Source: a virus
Lineage: Duplodnaviria; Caudoviricetes
Length of the DNA: 64,000 nucleotides
Virus record (IMG/VR): IMGVR_UViG_3300045609_000068
Coordinates: 1-64,000 of that record
Strand: one strand, 5' to 3'
Part shown: positions 9,771 through 19,799 of the stretch, piece by piece
How positions within the stretch are numbered: position 1 is the stretch's first letter
How the letters are laid out: each line of letters opens with the position of its first letter
Position numbers and translations under genes: made by a program
Notes under the pieces: model-generated
What the model saw: the letters and a program-made list of their open reading frames with translations, nothing else
Database searches by the model: none
Told to the model about the DNA's origin: nothing

Positions 9771-10040
9771 TTATTTGTTCATCATTTCTATATGAATCAT
9801 ATCTGCTCCTTTGGTCTTCTTGTATGAGAATCCAATCCGTCTTGCTTCTTCTTCGAAGTCTTTTAGCAATTCGGAAAGATGACTCTTTATCTTATCGTAT
9901 TTAGGACAAAGCCACACTTCAAGCACCAGTAATTCCCCATTTTGATTAAGTATAGTTTTTTGTAAAAAGGGAGGTATGAAGTCTCTGTCACTCTTTATGA
10001 CCTGTCCGTATTCGCTCATAACTTCATCTTCTTCACTCAT
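9771..10040 (-). CDS. Hypothetical early protein
   Basis: 89-aa ORF. Confidence 0.6.
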   Translation of the reverse strand: MSEEDEVMSEYGQVIKSDRDFIPPFLQKTILNQNGELLVLEVWLCPKYDKIKSHLSELLKDFEEEARRIGFSYKKTKGADMIHIEMMNK

Positions 10041-10061
10041 AATGTTTCCATTGTCGAATAT

Positions 10062-10337
10062 TTAATCAATCACTTTTACTGATAGGTATTTTTCATTCAT
10101 ATATAATCTCAAATCGGATTTGGTGTATCTGCAAGCAGATCTCCCGTACCCTTCATTGAAAATATACACTCCCCTGTCTCTCCAATTCGAAGAATGCCCT
10201 TGATAAATCCTTGTGAAATTGTCTGACAAACGAAATTTAATGCCGTTTCCTAACATTTCAAACAGTTTGTCTACAAAATCCTTTTTGTTGTATCTGACCA
10301 ACTTTCCACCAGCGAATCTTATGCTATACCTTTTCAT
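10062..10337 (-). CDS. Hypothetical early protein
   Basis: 91-aa ORF. Confidence 0.6.
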   Translation of the reverse strand: MKRYSIRFAGGKLVRYNKKDFVDKLFEMLGNGIKFRLSDNFTRIYQGHSSNWRDRGVYIFNEGYGRSACRYTKSDLRLYMNEKYLSVKVID

Positions 10338-10364
10338 TTTATTATGTTATTTGCTTTTGTATAA

Positions 10365-10682
10365 TTATTTATTAGCCATTGACTGTATCTTATCCTGCAA
10401 TTCTTCAATCATGTCGGTGATTGCCTCGGCATCATCAACCAAAGTCCGCATCGGAGGAACGCCACGAACTTTATTTTTCTTTGCTTCCATCCACATCATC
10501 ACGTGTTCTTCTTCATCGAACTTACAATCCAGCAACTCCTTGATAAAATTCTTTGTCGGCAACGTCATGATAAAATCTTCTCCATAAGGAGAAAATTTTT
10601 CAAGTTCTACGTTTTTCCCATCGTTTCTGAATGTCCAATCAAGACTTTCGATGGCATCAATATACTTTTTAGCGATTCTCAT
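10365..10682 (-). CDS. Hypothetical early protein
   Basis: ORF from MRIAKK; SPYGEDF..FDEEEHV.MW pattern. Confidence 0.65.
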   Translation of the reverse strand: MRIAKKYIDAIESLDWTFRNDGKNVELEKFSPYGEDFIMTLPTKNFIKELLDCKFDEEEHVMMWMEAKKNKVRGVPPMRTLVDDAEAITDMIEELQDKIQSMANK

Positions 10683-10923
10683 AATCTCATTCTTTAGAAC
10701 ACCGGATCGGTCATGCAGCTGATCACGATGTCGATGAACATATAGATTCCTAATAACTCCACACAAATCAAAATCACTCCGCAGAGTGTATCAAACCAAT
10801 CTCCCATTAGGCAGCCTTTCTGTTATAAGTCACATAATGACGTTTATCCCAGTAGTTTATTATTCGCCCAGTGCATGAGCATACCTTTTTCGCTTTCATC
10901 TTTTTCTTACTATTTGTTTTAAT

Positions 10924-12474
10924 TTAGGCTGCAAGTCCAAGCGCAGCCAACACTTGTTTCTTGTCTCTGTTACTGAACACCCAACCTCTAAACGGTTCCT
11001 TGCGCAATTTAGGATTCCATGAGCCGCCAAGATTTTTCAGTCGTTTTCGTACATCCTCCATATCCTTTGTCACTCCTGACACGACAAAGCAGTATGGCGA
11101 ATAGTCTTCCGTTACACATACGGTTGATACCGCTGTAGTCGTTACGGAAGGAATTTCTACCGATTCGGGTTCTACTTCTTCAACCTCTGATTCATCCTCT
11201 TCACCGATAAGATACTCATCCTCTTCGCTCTCAACGGATTCAGCCTCTTGCTCGGACACTTTCTCAACCTCACCCTTTACAGATGGCAGAGAGACAATCT
11301 TTGCGGTCTCATAGACAGGTTCGGGCTGTGCCGGTTCTGTAACTTTCTGTACAGATTCAGTAACTTTATCAACATACACTTCCCAATCCTTATCAAACGG
11401 TGACAGACATACAACAAACTTCTGATTTTCGTCCTTCATCGAATAGGACAAATATATATCCGAAAGCTCAATGGATCCACTCCACGATTTCAGCTTGGCA
11501 GGATATGACGATATTATGCAACGCTTTATATCTTCAGGAAGCGGCTGCTCGGAACGTATCTCAAATCTTTGCAGGCTTTTTTCATCTTCTCCGTAATTGT
11601 ACATGAGAACGATTTTGTTCTCCAGTTTCTTCCCGATTACACCGACATGGTTAAGGGATGATGCTTTCTTCGCATCCTTTTCTGCCACTTTCATCCATTT
11701 TACAAGTCCGTCTTGCTCGCATTCGTCGAGATTGAGCTTGTATGCGGAGTGGAAATTCTTCATGATGCTCTTGTATCCGAAGAACTTGGTATAGTCCTCG
11801 TATGACGTTTCGCATTTTTCGTTATCATAAGAGACGATTACATGTTTATAACCCTGTTCCTTATATACTTCGACCGTTACCTGCTTGCCTTGTATCTTCT
11901 TCAAGCAAGCATGAGAAATAAGAACGTCTCCTCCGTTGTAGTCCTTTGGCTCACTTCCATAAACCTCGATTCCGAGAGGTGCGGTAAACAGGCATTTTCC
12001 GTCTGTCACGCATATTTCATCGTTCTCGATGTTCAAAGATGCCATACTGGTAAGCGGTCTTGCTGGATCGGGTTTCATCACACCGACAATCTCCTTTACA
12101 TTATACGGTATATAACATGAGAACTCTATCAACCGTTCACCGTCCTGCTTCTTTTCGAAATTTAGGACTGGTGACTTATCTCCAGCAAGTCTTGCGAATT
12201 TAACCGCCTTATTCAACAAATCGTAAGAACTTCTAATTTTGCATGTAAAATCACCTTCGCTATATATGAATTTCTCTTGCTCCTTGCAGTAGTAGCGAAT
12301 GGGTGTCTTGTCTAATTCAATGCAATCAAAGAGCGTCAGTCCCTTATTCTTTTCGAATTTGTTGAACTCAGGTACACTGTATGTTCCTGACATTGAATGG
12401 ACTTGACCGCACAAATCTGCTATACTCTCCATCATCTGTAGATAGACGGAGTGCGAAATCTCATCTTTTATCAT
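10924..12474 (-). CDS. Multidomain protein: possible beta-clamp-like region, acidic linker, C-terminal GG-W-GW domain
   Basis: PARPLTSMASLNIENDEICVTDGKCL resembles the DnaN R..L.G.......ATDG..L motif; C-terminal LKNLGGSWNPKL...GWVFS. Confidence 0.7.
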   Translation of the reverse strand: MIKDEISHSVYLQMMESIADLCGQVHSMSGTYSVPEFNKFEKNKGLTLFDCIELDKTPIRYYCKEQEKFIYSEGDFTCKIRSSYDLLNKAVKFARLAGDKSPVLNFEKKQDGERLIEFSCYIPYNVKEIVGVMKPDPARPLTSMASLNIENDEICVTDGKCLFTAPLGIEVYGSEPKDYNGGDVLISHACLKKIQGKQVTVEVYKEQGYKHVIVSYDNEKCETSYEDYTKFFGYKSIMKNFHSAYKLNLDECEQDGLVKWMKVAEKDAKKASSLNHVGVIGKKLENKIVLMYNYGEDEKSLQRFEIRSEQPLPEDIKRCIISSYPAKLKSWSGSIELSDIYLSYSMKDENQKFVVCLSPFDKDWEVYVDKVTESVQKVTEPAQPEPVYETAKIVSLPSVKGEVEKVSEQEAESVESEEDEYLIGEEDESEVEEVEPESVEIPSVTTTAVSTVCVTEDYSPYCFVVSGVTKDMEDVRKRLKNLGGSWNPKLRKEPFRGWVFSNRDKKQVLAALGLAA

Positions 12475-13313
12475 GATACTTTATTTAGCTGTGATACAAC
12501 ATTCTCCAGTTCTTCGGGTTTAAGCACCCATCCGTTGTGATTACGGTCCCATGTTCCGCCGTGCTGCTTTATCTCGCTCTTAATCGGAATGGTCTTTCCG
12601 CATACGATAACGCTAGGGTAGAGCATCACCTCGATGCCGGCAAGCACCGCTTCCATCGGTACTAATTCTGCCTTGCCCTCTTTTGGTGATTCCATTACAG
12701 GTTCTTTTTCTTCAATAGGAATAGGCTCCACATATTCGTCCATGACGGTAGCTCCGATAATCTTCTGATGGAAGTCGTCGAACGTTCCGTTAAAATACGA
12801 CACTCCATAGAACTTTATCAGCTCCTCGAACATTGCGATAAATCCGTCCTGACACTGCTCGAACTGCTTCATATAGTCCGTTGCAGTGTGGTAATGCTCG
12901 AACGCCTTGCTGTCTTTCAGATAAGGCTGCTTTCTGTAGTTTATGTCCTCCTCTCCGATGAGGAATCCGATATGGATGTCCCAATCATTTTCCTGCTCTC
13001 CCTGCTTGCAGTCAACAACAAGACCTCCGTTGTTATTATCGAAGTGGTTATAAGTGTCTGCAACTTCTTTCAGGTCTGAAAAATCCAATTTCTCTAGGAA
13101 CTCGCTGTGCTTACCGTCCCGATAAGTCTCGTCAGGATAATCAAGCGTCTCAATCAGCTTTCTTCTTCCCGAATAATCATACGCCGCATTTATTAACATG
13201 CTCAACTCCATAGCCATCACGGATCCGTCTCCGCATTGCGGAAATACGTAACCCGTGTACTGCTTACCGTCGTGGTATCTTTCACGGACAATAATCTGTG
13301 TTCTCTGACCCAT
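12471..13313 (-). CDS. Hypothetical protein with C-terminal GG-W-GW domain
   Basis: 280-aa ORF, start MGQRTQI; C-terminal IKQHGGTWDRNHNGWVL. Confidence 0.75.
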   Translation of the reverse strand: MGQRTQIIVRERYHDGKQYTGYVFPQCGDGSVMAMELSMLINAAYDYSGRRKLIETLDYPDETYRDGKHSEFLEKLDFSDLKEVADTYNHFDNNNGGLVVDCKQGEQENDWDIHIGFLIGEEDINYRKQPYLKDSKAFEHYHTATDYMKQFEQCQDGFIAMFEELIKFYGVSYFNGTFDDFHQKIIGATVMDEYVEPIPIEEKEPVMESPKEGKAELVPMEAVLAGIEVMLYPSVIVCGKTIPIKSEIKQHGGTWDRNHNGWVLKPEELENVVSQLNKVS

Positions 13314-13366
13314 TGTTTTAAAATTTTATGGGGATGCACTTGTTTGGCGCACCCCCGGTTGATTGA

Positions 13367-14458
13367 TTAATATGCAAACTCTTTCTGCAATGTCTCCCTC
13401 ATTATCTGATTCTGCGGGAATACATTGATGAAGTCCATCTGCGGTATTTCGACTCCAAGGTCGTATTGTTCCCTTTTCATTGGTTTGTAGAGATTGGTAG
13501 CACTATCATACAAATCGTAAACAGTGAACGGTCGGTCTTGCTGTCTGCATTCGATTGAATTTTCAAGAATCCTTTCGGTATATGCGTTGAGCTGCGCACC
13601 GTTCATTGCATAAGTGGCAGGAAGCTCGGCATATTCACGAGAACTTCTGATTATCTCGCTGGACGAATCTAGTGCGACACGAGTGGTAAGCAGGTTTCCA
13701 AGGAATAGCGTAAGACGCTCAGGCTTTACTTCGATGCTCTGCATCCTTTTCATCTCGTTCAAGTCTGATTTGACCATTTCAGATGTCTTATCAATCCATG
13801 ACTTTACAAGTTGAATCATCCTTTCGACACTTACCTTGTCCTTTCCGAATGTCGATGCGTACTGGCTGGCTCCGAGCATCTGCTGGTTATGGCAGACGTG
13901 GACCATCGTACCGTAACCAATCTGTATTCCTTTCTGTGTGAAGGAAACGCCCATATTGGTTGTTATCTTCGGGTTCCCGTTGTCATCGAACTCGTCAAAG
14001 TTGGTCACTCTGATATTACAGAACATACGTCTGATAGTGGCGGCCTCTACAGCGTTCTCTCCGTATTTTTCCTCCAATGCCGGATTAAAAGAAACGCCAG
14101 GGCCGTTCTTGTCACTGTTCTTCGCTGCAAACATATCCCACGGATCGTAAGTCAGACCAGCCTTTTCGAACATATCGAAAAGCTTATGGATAAGCTCGTA
14201 ATGATAGATGCCCATCAGAGGCTTCTTATCTGTTGCGTCACGCTCACCCCAACTGCGTTCCAATATATCCAAATCAATATTCTGAACCTTTTCCTTGCTG
14301 AAATCAAGCGTCTTCACCTGTTTCTTTACGACATTCTTTACCGTTGCAGTTAACTTTTTGGCAGGAGCCTTTCTTTTTTGTACTCTGCTTACTACTGTTA
14401 ACTGCTTTTCCTCTTTCACTGTTTCGGTGGCTACATCGCCAAGATTGAAAAATCTCAT
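13367..14458 (-). CDS. DUF932-family protein
   Basis: GIYHYELI..FAA.N, G.QIGYG..V..C.NQ..L and VY.LY..AT.LYKP pattern typical of Bacteroides DUF932. Confidence 0.75.
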   Translation of the reverse strand: MRFFNLGDVATETVKEEKQLTVVSRVQKRKAPAKKLTATVKNVVKKQVKTLDFSKEKVQNIDLDILERSWGERDATDKKPLMGIYHYELIHKLFDMFEKAGLTYDPWDMFAAKNSDKNGPGVSFNPALEEKYGENAVEAATIRRMFCNIRVTNFDEFDDNGNPKITTNMGVSFTQKGIQIGYGTMVHVCHNQQMLGASQYASTFGKDKVSVERMIQLVKSWIDKTSEMVKSDLNEMKRMQSIEVKPERLTLFLGNLLTTRVALDSSSEIIRSSREYAELPATYAMNGAQLNAYTERILENSIECRQQDRPFTVYDLYDSATNLYKPMKREQYDLGVEIPQMDFINVFPQNQIMRETLQKEFAY

Positions 14459-14479
14459 AATTATAAAATTTGATTGTTA

Positions 14480-15871
14480 TTATGCGGCAGCTTTCACGCT
14501 CTCCTTTTTGGGTTTGCGTTTCTTGCTGTTTTTGCATTCACGTATCTTGTCCATGTTATCGTTCATCATGCGGATAATCTGCTCATGATGTTCGCTATCA
14601 TGATTGTTATGACCTCTGGACTGGACGATTTTCATGGTCTCCAAATTTATTTCAACTGTTTCAACACGATTATCATTCGAATCCCTGACTGAGAATATCA
14701 ATGACTCGTCTTTGTTGAAATATCGACAGTCGAATACACAGTGGTGCATTTCAACACCTTCGTCAAAAAATTCATTCACATTCTGTAAGACATGCGCTGT
14801 GAGAGTCCCTTCTTTTATAATCAACTTGAGGAACTTTTTCTTTTTTCTCTTATACGCGCTGTCGTTCTTTTCAGACAAACTCAATAATTCAAGTCTACGT
14901 CTTTCCTTCTCCTCTTTGACAGCTTTCCTTTCGTGCCTTTTAATAAGCATTTGATGAAGTCCTTCGAGGTCTTCTGGGCACACATATTTCGGAGAGTGCA
15001 AATCAAGCTTGAACTCTATAAGGTATTTGAAATTGTCGAGCCATGTCTCGTTGACCTCGTAATTGTTCCTTATGGCTATCTTCATCGAAGGAAGAAATGT
15101 ATCGGAACCCTTTCTGTGTTCGTAATAAAAGTTCAGATAAGACTTGTTGGGCAACTTAGTCAATGTCTCTACGAACGGTATGCTCAGAAGGTCTATGGCG
15201 TACTGATGTAAGTAAGTGTTATTCGGGAAGCATCCGTCAAAACCGTTTCTGGTAAGCTCCGGAATGACCTCCTTTTCAGGATACAACAGACCATTAAAAC
15301 GAAACATGTTCGGGATAATATGATGCTTGTTGTCTGATTTTAAAAGCATCAAATCTCCGTTCCACGAAAAATCAGATGAAAAGACTTGGTTTCTCAATGA
15401 AAACGAATAGAACGTACCATCGCTATTAAGCCAAAGCTGTTGCGCCTCTTTCACATCATAGCTATTATAGCTAGCCATCCCTATGTATAAGTGTCTACGT
15501 ATTTCGAATGTTCTAAACACCTGCCAACCTTTATATGTCTGCATGACATTTATAAGGGATTCGGTACTTATCTGATTCGCGTCCTGCTTTAAATATTGCA
15601 ACGACCTGCCGCAGTGCGGACAAACTATCTTATGGGCTTTATCGTCTTCATACAGATAATATCTCGCATTATCGTAATTAACTTGTTTCGGGAGTTTCAC
15701 CTGATGATGGCAATGGGTGCAATAACCTTTCCCGTTTTTGAACACGGCGATGTAATCATCAAATGATTCGTTAATCGCCCATTTTTTGAAATCATCCCCC
15801 ATCTTTCTAGCGCGCCTCAGTTCTATGCTGAGGCGCACCATCTGCTTGTCTTGCTCTGTTTTTGGAATCAT
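14480..15871 (-). CDS. pcfJ: PcfJ-domain protein
   Basis: N-terminal CTHCHH/CPHCG; C-terminal EFFDEG.EMHHCVF...YF.K.ESLI.S...RVETVE....IVQSRG; downstream of PcfK. Confidence 0.88.
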   Translation of the reverse strand: MIPKTEQDKQMVRLSIELRRARKMGDDFKKWAINESFDDYIAVFKNGKGYCTHCHHQVKLPKQVNYDNARYYLYEDDKAHKIVCPHCGRSLQYLKQDANQISTESLINVMQTYKGWQVFRTFEIRRHLYIGMASYNSYDVKEAQQLWLNSDGTFYSFSLRNQVFSSDFSWNGDLMLLKSDNKHHIIPNMFRFNGLLYPEKEVIPELTRNGFDGCFPNNTYLHQYAIDLLSIPFVETLTKLPNKSYLNFYYEHRKGSDTFLPSMKIAIRNNYEVNETWLDNFKYLIEFKLDLHSPKYVCPEDLEGLHQMLIKRHERKAVKEEKERRRLELLSLSEKNDSAYKRKKKKFLKLIIKEGTLTAHVLQNVNEFFDEGVEMHHCVFDCRYFNKDESLIFSVRDSNDNRVETVEINLETMKIVQSRGHNNHDSEHHEQIIRMMNDNMDKIRECKNSKKRKPKKESVKAAA

Positions 15872-15883
15872 GATAATTAAGTT

Positions 15884-16243
15884 TTAATCGAATAGCCAGC
15901 CTTCACCGTCATCTTCCTCGTCCTCCTGTACGGGCTGAGGCTTTGGCTTACTGATTATTGTCGCTTTCTTTGGTTGTGCTGCGACCTTTGCCTTTTCCAT
16001 CTTCGTCTCTGACTTGTCTACTTCGAGATTGTCCTCGTCATAGTAGTGGACAGCCCAACCGAACACGGTCTCGTCGTCAATGACTACGCAGTTGTTACCA
16101 TTAGCCTGTTTTCTAGCCTCCTCAGTGATGTACTTGCAACACTTGTCGAGACTCTTTTCCTTCTTTTCAAGCTCCTTGGCAAAGAGGGCATCCTTTGATG
16201 CTCTCTTGTCAAGATACTCTTTAATTCTGTCCTTGAAGTCCAT
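15884..16243 (-). CDS. pcfK: PcfK-like protein (family that includes AcrIIA9)
   Basis: F...IK.YLD.RA..D.LFA....K..KS.D.CC.YI...A......DD.TVFGWAVHYYDED pattern. Confidence 0.85.
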   Translation of the reverse strand: MDFKDRIKEYLDKRASKDALFAKELEKKEKSLDKCCKYITEEARKQANGNNCVVIDDETVFGWAVHYYDEDNLEVDKSETKMEKAKVAAQPKKATIISKPKPQPVQEDEEDDGEGWLFD

Positions 16244-16248
16244 AATTG

Positions 16249-17022
16249 TTAGTTATTAGCGTCCATGAATGTTTCAACTCTTGTACAGAAACATTCCGTA
16301 TTATTTACTTCGATGGCTGCTTTTGCGTCAAGCAGAACGCCGGCATTGTTTACATCCATGTTAAGCAATAGCGGATTCAGCTCCTTCGCATCTGCTGATT
16401 CTTTCGTCTTGGTGGCGATTATCAGCTTGCCGCCTCCGTCGAACTCCTTAATGTAAGCGTAGAAGTTCTTAACCATGGCACGTTTCCATCCTACGATACC
16501 AGCTGCAAGAATATATGGGACATATTTTGCGTCAATGCAGGTGTTATCCTCGTCTCCCAACTGTATGTAAGGGTTATGATTGTTCACAAACCCCTTTTCC
16601 ATAGCTTCGAAATACCTTCTTTGAAGCTCAATTGCTTCTGGCATATCCGCTTCAATAAGCTCCTTCGGGATGCTCTTCGTGTAATCGGGATATCCGATCA
16701 TGTTCTGCGGAACCCAGTCCGTGTTCTCAAGAGTTGACTTCTTGATTTCGTCGTCATATTCGTCGGGATTGATTAACATTGCCACTCCGTTGGTGGCTAC
16801 TGCAACCTTGTTGCGGAAATCGTGATAAACAAAGTTTATCACTGGATGTTTGGCACTGTGTCCCACGAAATCCTTAACGCTTAATTCCGTTACTTCAGGC
16901 ATATCCACGTTAGCCTTGACAAATTTGCCAAGGTTGATGTTGATAACTGGTGTATCATACTCACTGAATCCGTCTGTCTGGGCGAACTCTTGCGACTTGC
17001 GCAATAAATTAATATCGTTCAT
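16249..17022 (-). CDS. Hypothetical protein with possible beta-clamp-like region
   Basis: HPVINFVYHD...AVATNGVAML. Confidence 0.65.
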   Translation of the reverse strand: MNDINLLRKSQEFAQTDGFSEYDTPVININLGKFVKANVDMPEVTELSVKDFVGHSAKHPVINFVYHDFRNKVAVATNGVAMLINPDEYDDEIKKSTLENTDWVPQNMIGYPDYTKSIPKELIEADMPEAIELQRRYFEAMEKGFVNNHNPYIQLGDEDNTCIDAKYVPYILAAGIVGWKRAMVKNFYAYIKEFDGGGKLIIATKTKESADAKELNPLLLNMDVNNAGVLLDAKAAIEVNNTECFCTRVETFMDANN

Positions 17023-17034
17023 GATTTTCTCTTT

Positions 17035-17274
17035 TTAAATGAATTTGTAAATGTTTTCGACCTCTTTTCTGTCCTCCTTACGAGGTGAGGTGAAATCTTT
17101 TTCAATATCCCTAAGAATCGCGACCAGCACGATTTTAGGTAGTCTGTAATTGTCTTCATATTCTTCCATTTTTATCGCGCCGCTTGCAATGGCTTTGTCA
17201 AGCCTTGTCTGAATTGACCACTCCATGTCGTCAGAGAGGTGTTTCACTCTCTTTCTCAACTGTTCCTCTGTCAT
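17035..17274 (-). CDS. Hypothetical early protein
   Basis: ORF from MTEEQLR. Confidence 0.6.
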   Translation of the reverse strand: MTEEQLRKRVKHLSDDMEWSIQTRLDKAIASGAIKMEEYEDNYRLPKIVLVAILRDIEKDFTSPRKEDRKEVENIYKFI

Positions 17275-17371
17275 AGCATTAAAAATAATTTTATTAAACT
17301 TATTGTTCCAAACGCCAGCATGATAACGCAAATTACCATGTAGGTGATTGAGTCAAAAAAATTACCGCGTT

Positions 17372-17680
17372 TCATAAATATGTCTCCACTTCATTAAGAG
17401 ATTTCTCCTCAATACGTAAGGTAAAATCTTCAATCAAAGAATTTTCGATAAACTTTCCGTTCTCCCTATTGTACTCCGAATAAATGTTTTGTAATTGGAG
17501 TCTATTTACGAAAATATCGGTTGCAAGAGCATAAGCTGCATCAGTTGAGCATCTGTTTACTCTCAAAAAAGCGAATACATTACCTGGCAGATTTCTTTCG
17601 TCGCTTATACAAACAATCTTGTCATATTCTTTGCTCATGTGGCTATCACTCGCGATGAGCAAATAAACTTTCTTTCCCAT
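17372..17680 (-). CDS. Hypothetical early protein
   Basis: ORF from MGKKVY. Confidence 0.55.
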   Translation of the reverse strand: MGKKVYLLIASDSHMSKEYDKIVCISDERNLPGNVFAFLRVNRCSTDAAYALATDIFVNRLQLQNIYSEYNRENGKFIENSLIEDFTLRIEEKSLNEVETYL

Positions 17681-17681
17681 A

Positions 17682-18119
17682 TTATTCCCATTTAGCCTCA
17701 TTGTATTGAGGCAAATCCAATATTATATTACTCATCAAGCATCTTTCGAGTCTCTCGAATCTGTCGAAAACGTCCTTAATCCAGTCTTCTTTAACGCCAA
17801 CCTCCTCATAACATTGGTACAGTATACATTGCAGTGATTTGAGAAGTTGGAACTTACCACATCCCAATGGATAAAGGTTATAATCATCGGGAAGAACATG
17901 TTCTATCTTCTTTCGTTTCGCATCAATGTCTAATTTCTCGTTGTTCCGACTTGCGTAAGCGATGTAATTCAATAGATAAAGCTTCCTGAAAAGTTCGATA
18001 TTCCCTTTTATGTCGATAAATGTGTTGTATGGCAGTGCATGACTATCCTGTATCGTCATCTGGCATACGGCGGCGCACATCCTCTGTACGCTCTCAGGCT
18101 TAACTATATAGCAACTCAT
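17682..18119 (-). CDS. Conserved-looking phage hypothetical protein
   Basis: MSCYIV...LN..AY..R...LLKSLQC.LYQC.E pattern. Confidence 0.7.
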   Translation of the reverse strand: MSCYIVKPESVQRMCAAVCQMTIQDSHALPYNTFIDIKGNIELFRKLYLLNYIAYASRNNEKLDIDAKRKKIEHVLPDDYNLYPLGCGKFQLLKSLQCILYQCYEEVGVKEDWIKDVFDRFERLERCLMSNIILDLPQYNEAKWE

Positions 18120-18120
18120 A

Positions 18121-18717
18121 TCAATCTGCTAATTCAAATTTATGAAACGTATAATATCCGTCTTCGTCCTTTTCACATAACTCATTTATGAGAGATTCGA
18201 CATCCTCTTCGGTTTCAACGGTTCTGCCAGTCTTGTCTTTTATATAATCCTGCAAATCATCGAAATCCTCGAAATACTCTTCATCGTTATTTAATTCTAT
18301 TGTGTACTGGTCAAAGAAGTATTTCCCATTTTCGTCGTTTGTCGTGTAATTGTCCATTCCGGGCTCCTGGCATTGATAGTAAATATTTATGCCTTTATAT
18401 TTACTCTCAATAAATGCCCTCCAATCATCGAGTTCTCCCCAAGCAGCTTCAACGCATAGATGCAAATTTCCTTCATCATCTATGTAAGGCGCCGTCTGTA
18501 GCCATCCTCGGCTGTATACCTTTCTCCAATCACCGCCAAGAGATACCACAACATTCCCTAGCCAAGTATTTTCTACATGATCCGATTCACCATTGGAATT
18601 ATCACGGGATATCGTTTTCTTTTTGCCGTCGATATATTCCTGAAATCTGTCGTATAAGTCACGGACTTGCTTTTCATCGCCAGTGACAACGTAATTCACA
18701 TCAGCCCAGTTCGGCAT
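18121..18717 (-). CDS. DUF1281/YubB-like protein
   Basis: Starts MPNWA.VNYVVTG; contains AW and Y...EPG motifs. Confidence 0.65.
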   Translation of the reverse strand: MPNWADVNYVVTGDEKQVRDLYDRFQEYIDGKKKTISRDNSNGESDHVENTWLGNVVVSLGGDWRKVYSRGWLQTAPYIDDEGNLHLCVEAAWGELDDWRAFIESKYKGINIYYQCQEPGMDNYTTNDENGKYFFDQYTIELNNDEEYFEDFDDLQDYIKDKTGRTVETEEDVESLINELCEKDEDGYYTFHKFELAD

Positions 18718-18857
18718 TACGCTGCCCTCCTTTCTGCATAGACGAAACCGCCTTGGTGGAATATCTTTCGACCTTTCCACTCGTTCAACAACTGCTCGTT
18801 GTGAGCCTTATAATAGAACTCTGCCACCACATCGTAGTGGCTGCTAATTTTCCCCAT
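18717..18857 (-). CDS. Small hypothetical protein (46 aa, not in ORF track)
   Basis: MGKISSHYDVV...RRAA; its TAA overlaps the next ATG (TAATG coupling). Confidence 0.55.
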   Translation of the reverse strand: MGKISSHYDVVAEFYYKAHNEQLLNEWKGRKIFHQGGFVYAERRAA

Positions 18858-18859
18858 GA

Positions 18860-19132
18860 TTATGCGTATATTGGTTTGAATATCAGGGCTTGCGCTCTCT
18901 TAACTCTCTCATCGGATGCTCTCTGCACGGCTTCGGCGTGCTGCTGGGCGATTGACTTTACTCCTTGCGGAACTAATGGCACAAGCTGTGCTGATACACG
19001 CTGCGCTATTAACTCAGGCGTATTCGCCATTCTGCGAAGACGGCATTTGAAATTATGCTCTATCTGAGATTTTGTACCTGATGTTGCAACTCTGACGACG
19101 TTCTTGCCGTTGATGATAATTCTTGCTCTCAT
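18860..19132 (-). CDS. Hypothetical early protein
   Basis: ORF from MRARII. Confidence 0.55.
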   Translation of the reverse strand: MRARIIINGKNVVRVATSGTKSQIEHNFKCRLRRMANTPELIAQRVSAQLVPLVPQGVKSIAQQHAEAVQRASDERVKRAQALIFKPIYA

Positions 19133-19157
19133 AGCTGTATTTTTTTTGATGATGTGT

Positions 19158-19688
19158 TTATGCTGCCTTTGACTCTTTTTTCTTGTATGTCTTGGTATTG
19201 ACTGCACTTAGATTAAGTCCCAACTCCTTGCATACTTCATCCAGACGTTTCTTGGAGAAGAACCATCCGATATGTTTGCGCTTTGCATCTTCTTCCACGT
19301 ATTTGCTCTCAGGAATCTTGTCGCTCTCTGCAAGGGCGCAATAAGAACCCTTCAAGCCCGTCCTTCCGAGCTGCTTGGCTATAGGTTTCGTGTTTCCCCA
19401 TAAGATAAAGCAATTGTCGGAATAGTCCGAGATGTGGAGGTCGTATTCCTCAGCAAGACTCTTCTTTGCGGATGTGGCTTTTGCGACTGCCTTTGGAGCA
19501 ACTGGCGCAACCGCTTTGGCTGGTGCAACTGCTTTCTTTGTCTTCAACGTAACGGTCTTCGTTGATTTTGCCGTTGCGAACGTGCTCACCTTGGAATGGT
19601 AAGCATCCATTAAGCTCGTCAGTGCCTCGTCGTATAAGGCAGCTGCTTCTGAAACGTTTGATACACTACTGAACAACTCTGAAAACAT
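19158..19688 (-). CDS. Hypothetical protein with Ala/Lys linker and C-terminal GG-W-GW-like domain
   Basis: DYSDNCFILWGNTKPIAKQL...GWFFSKK. Confidence 0.7.
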   Translation of the reverse strand: MFSELFSSVSNVSEAAALYDEALTSLMDAYHSKVSTFATAKSTKTVTLKTKKAVAPAKAVAPVAPKAVAKATSAKKSLAEEYDLHISDYSDNCFILWGNTKPIAKQLGRTGLKGSYCALAESDKIPESKYVEEDAKRKHIGWFFSKKRLDEVCKELGLNLSAVNTKTYKKKESKAA

Positions 19689-19799
19689 AATATTGGCTAT
19701 GCGGAGAGACGCCGCACAAGCTGCCGGAAAATGTTTTAATTAAGTTTTGGCTCTGTAATAATCGCGCCACATCCGAGCCGTGACGGTGTGCGATATGGT

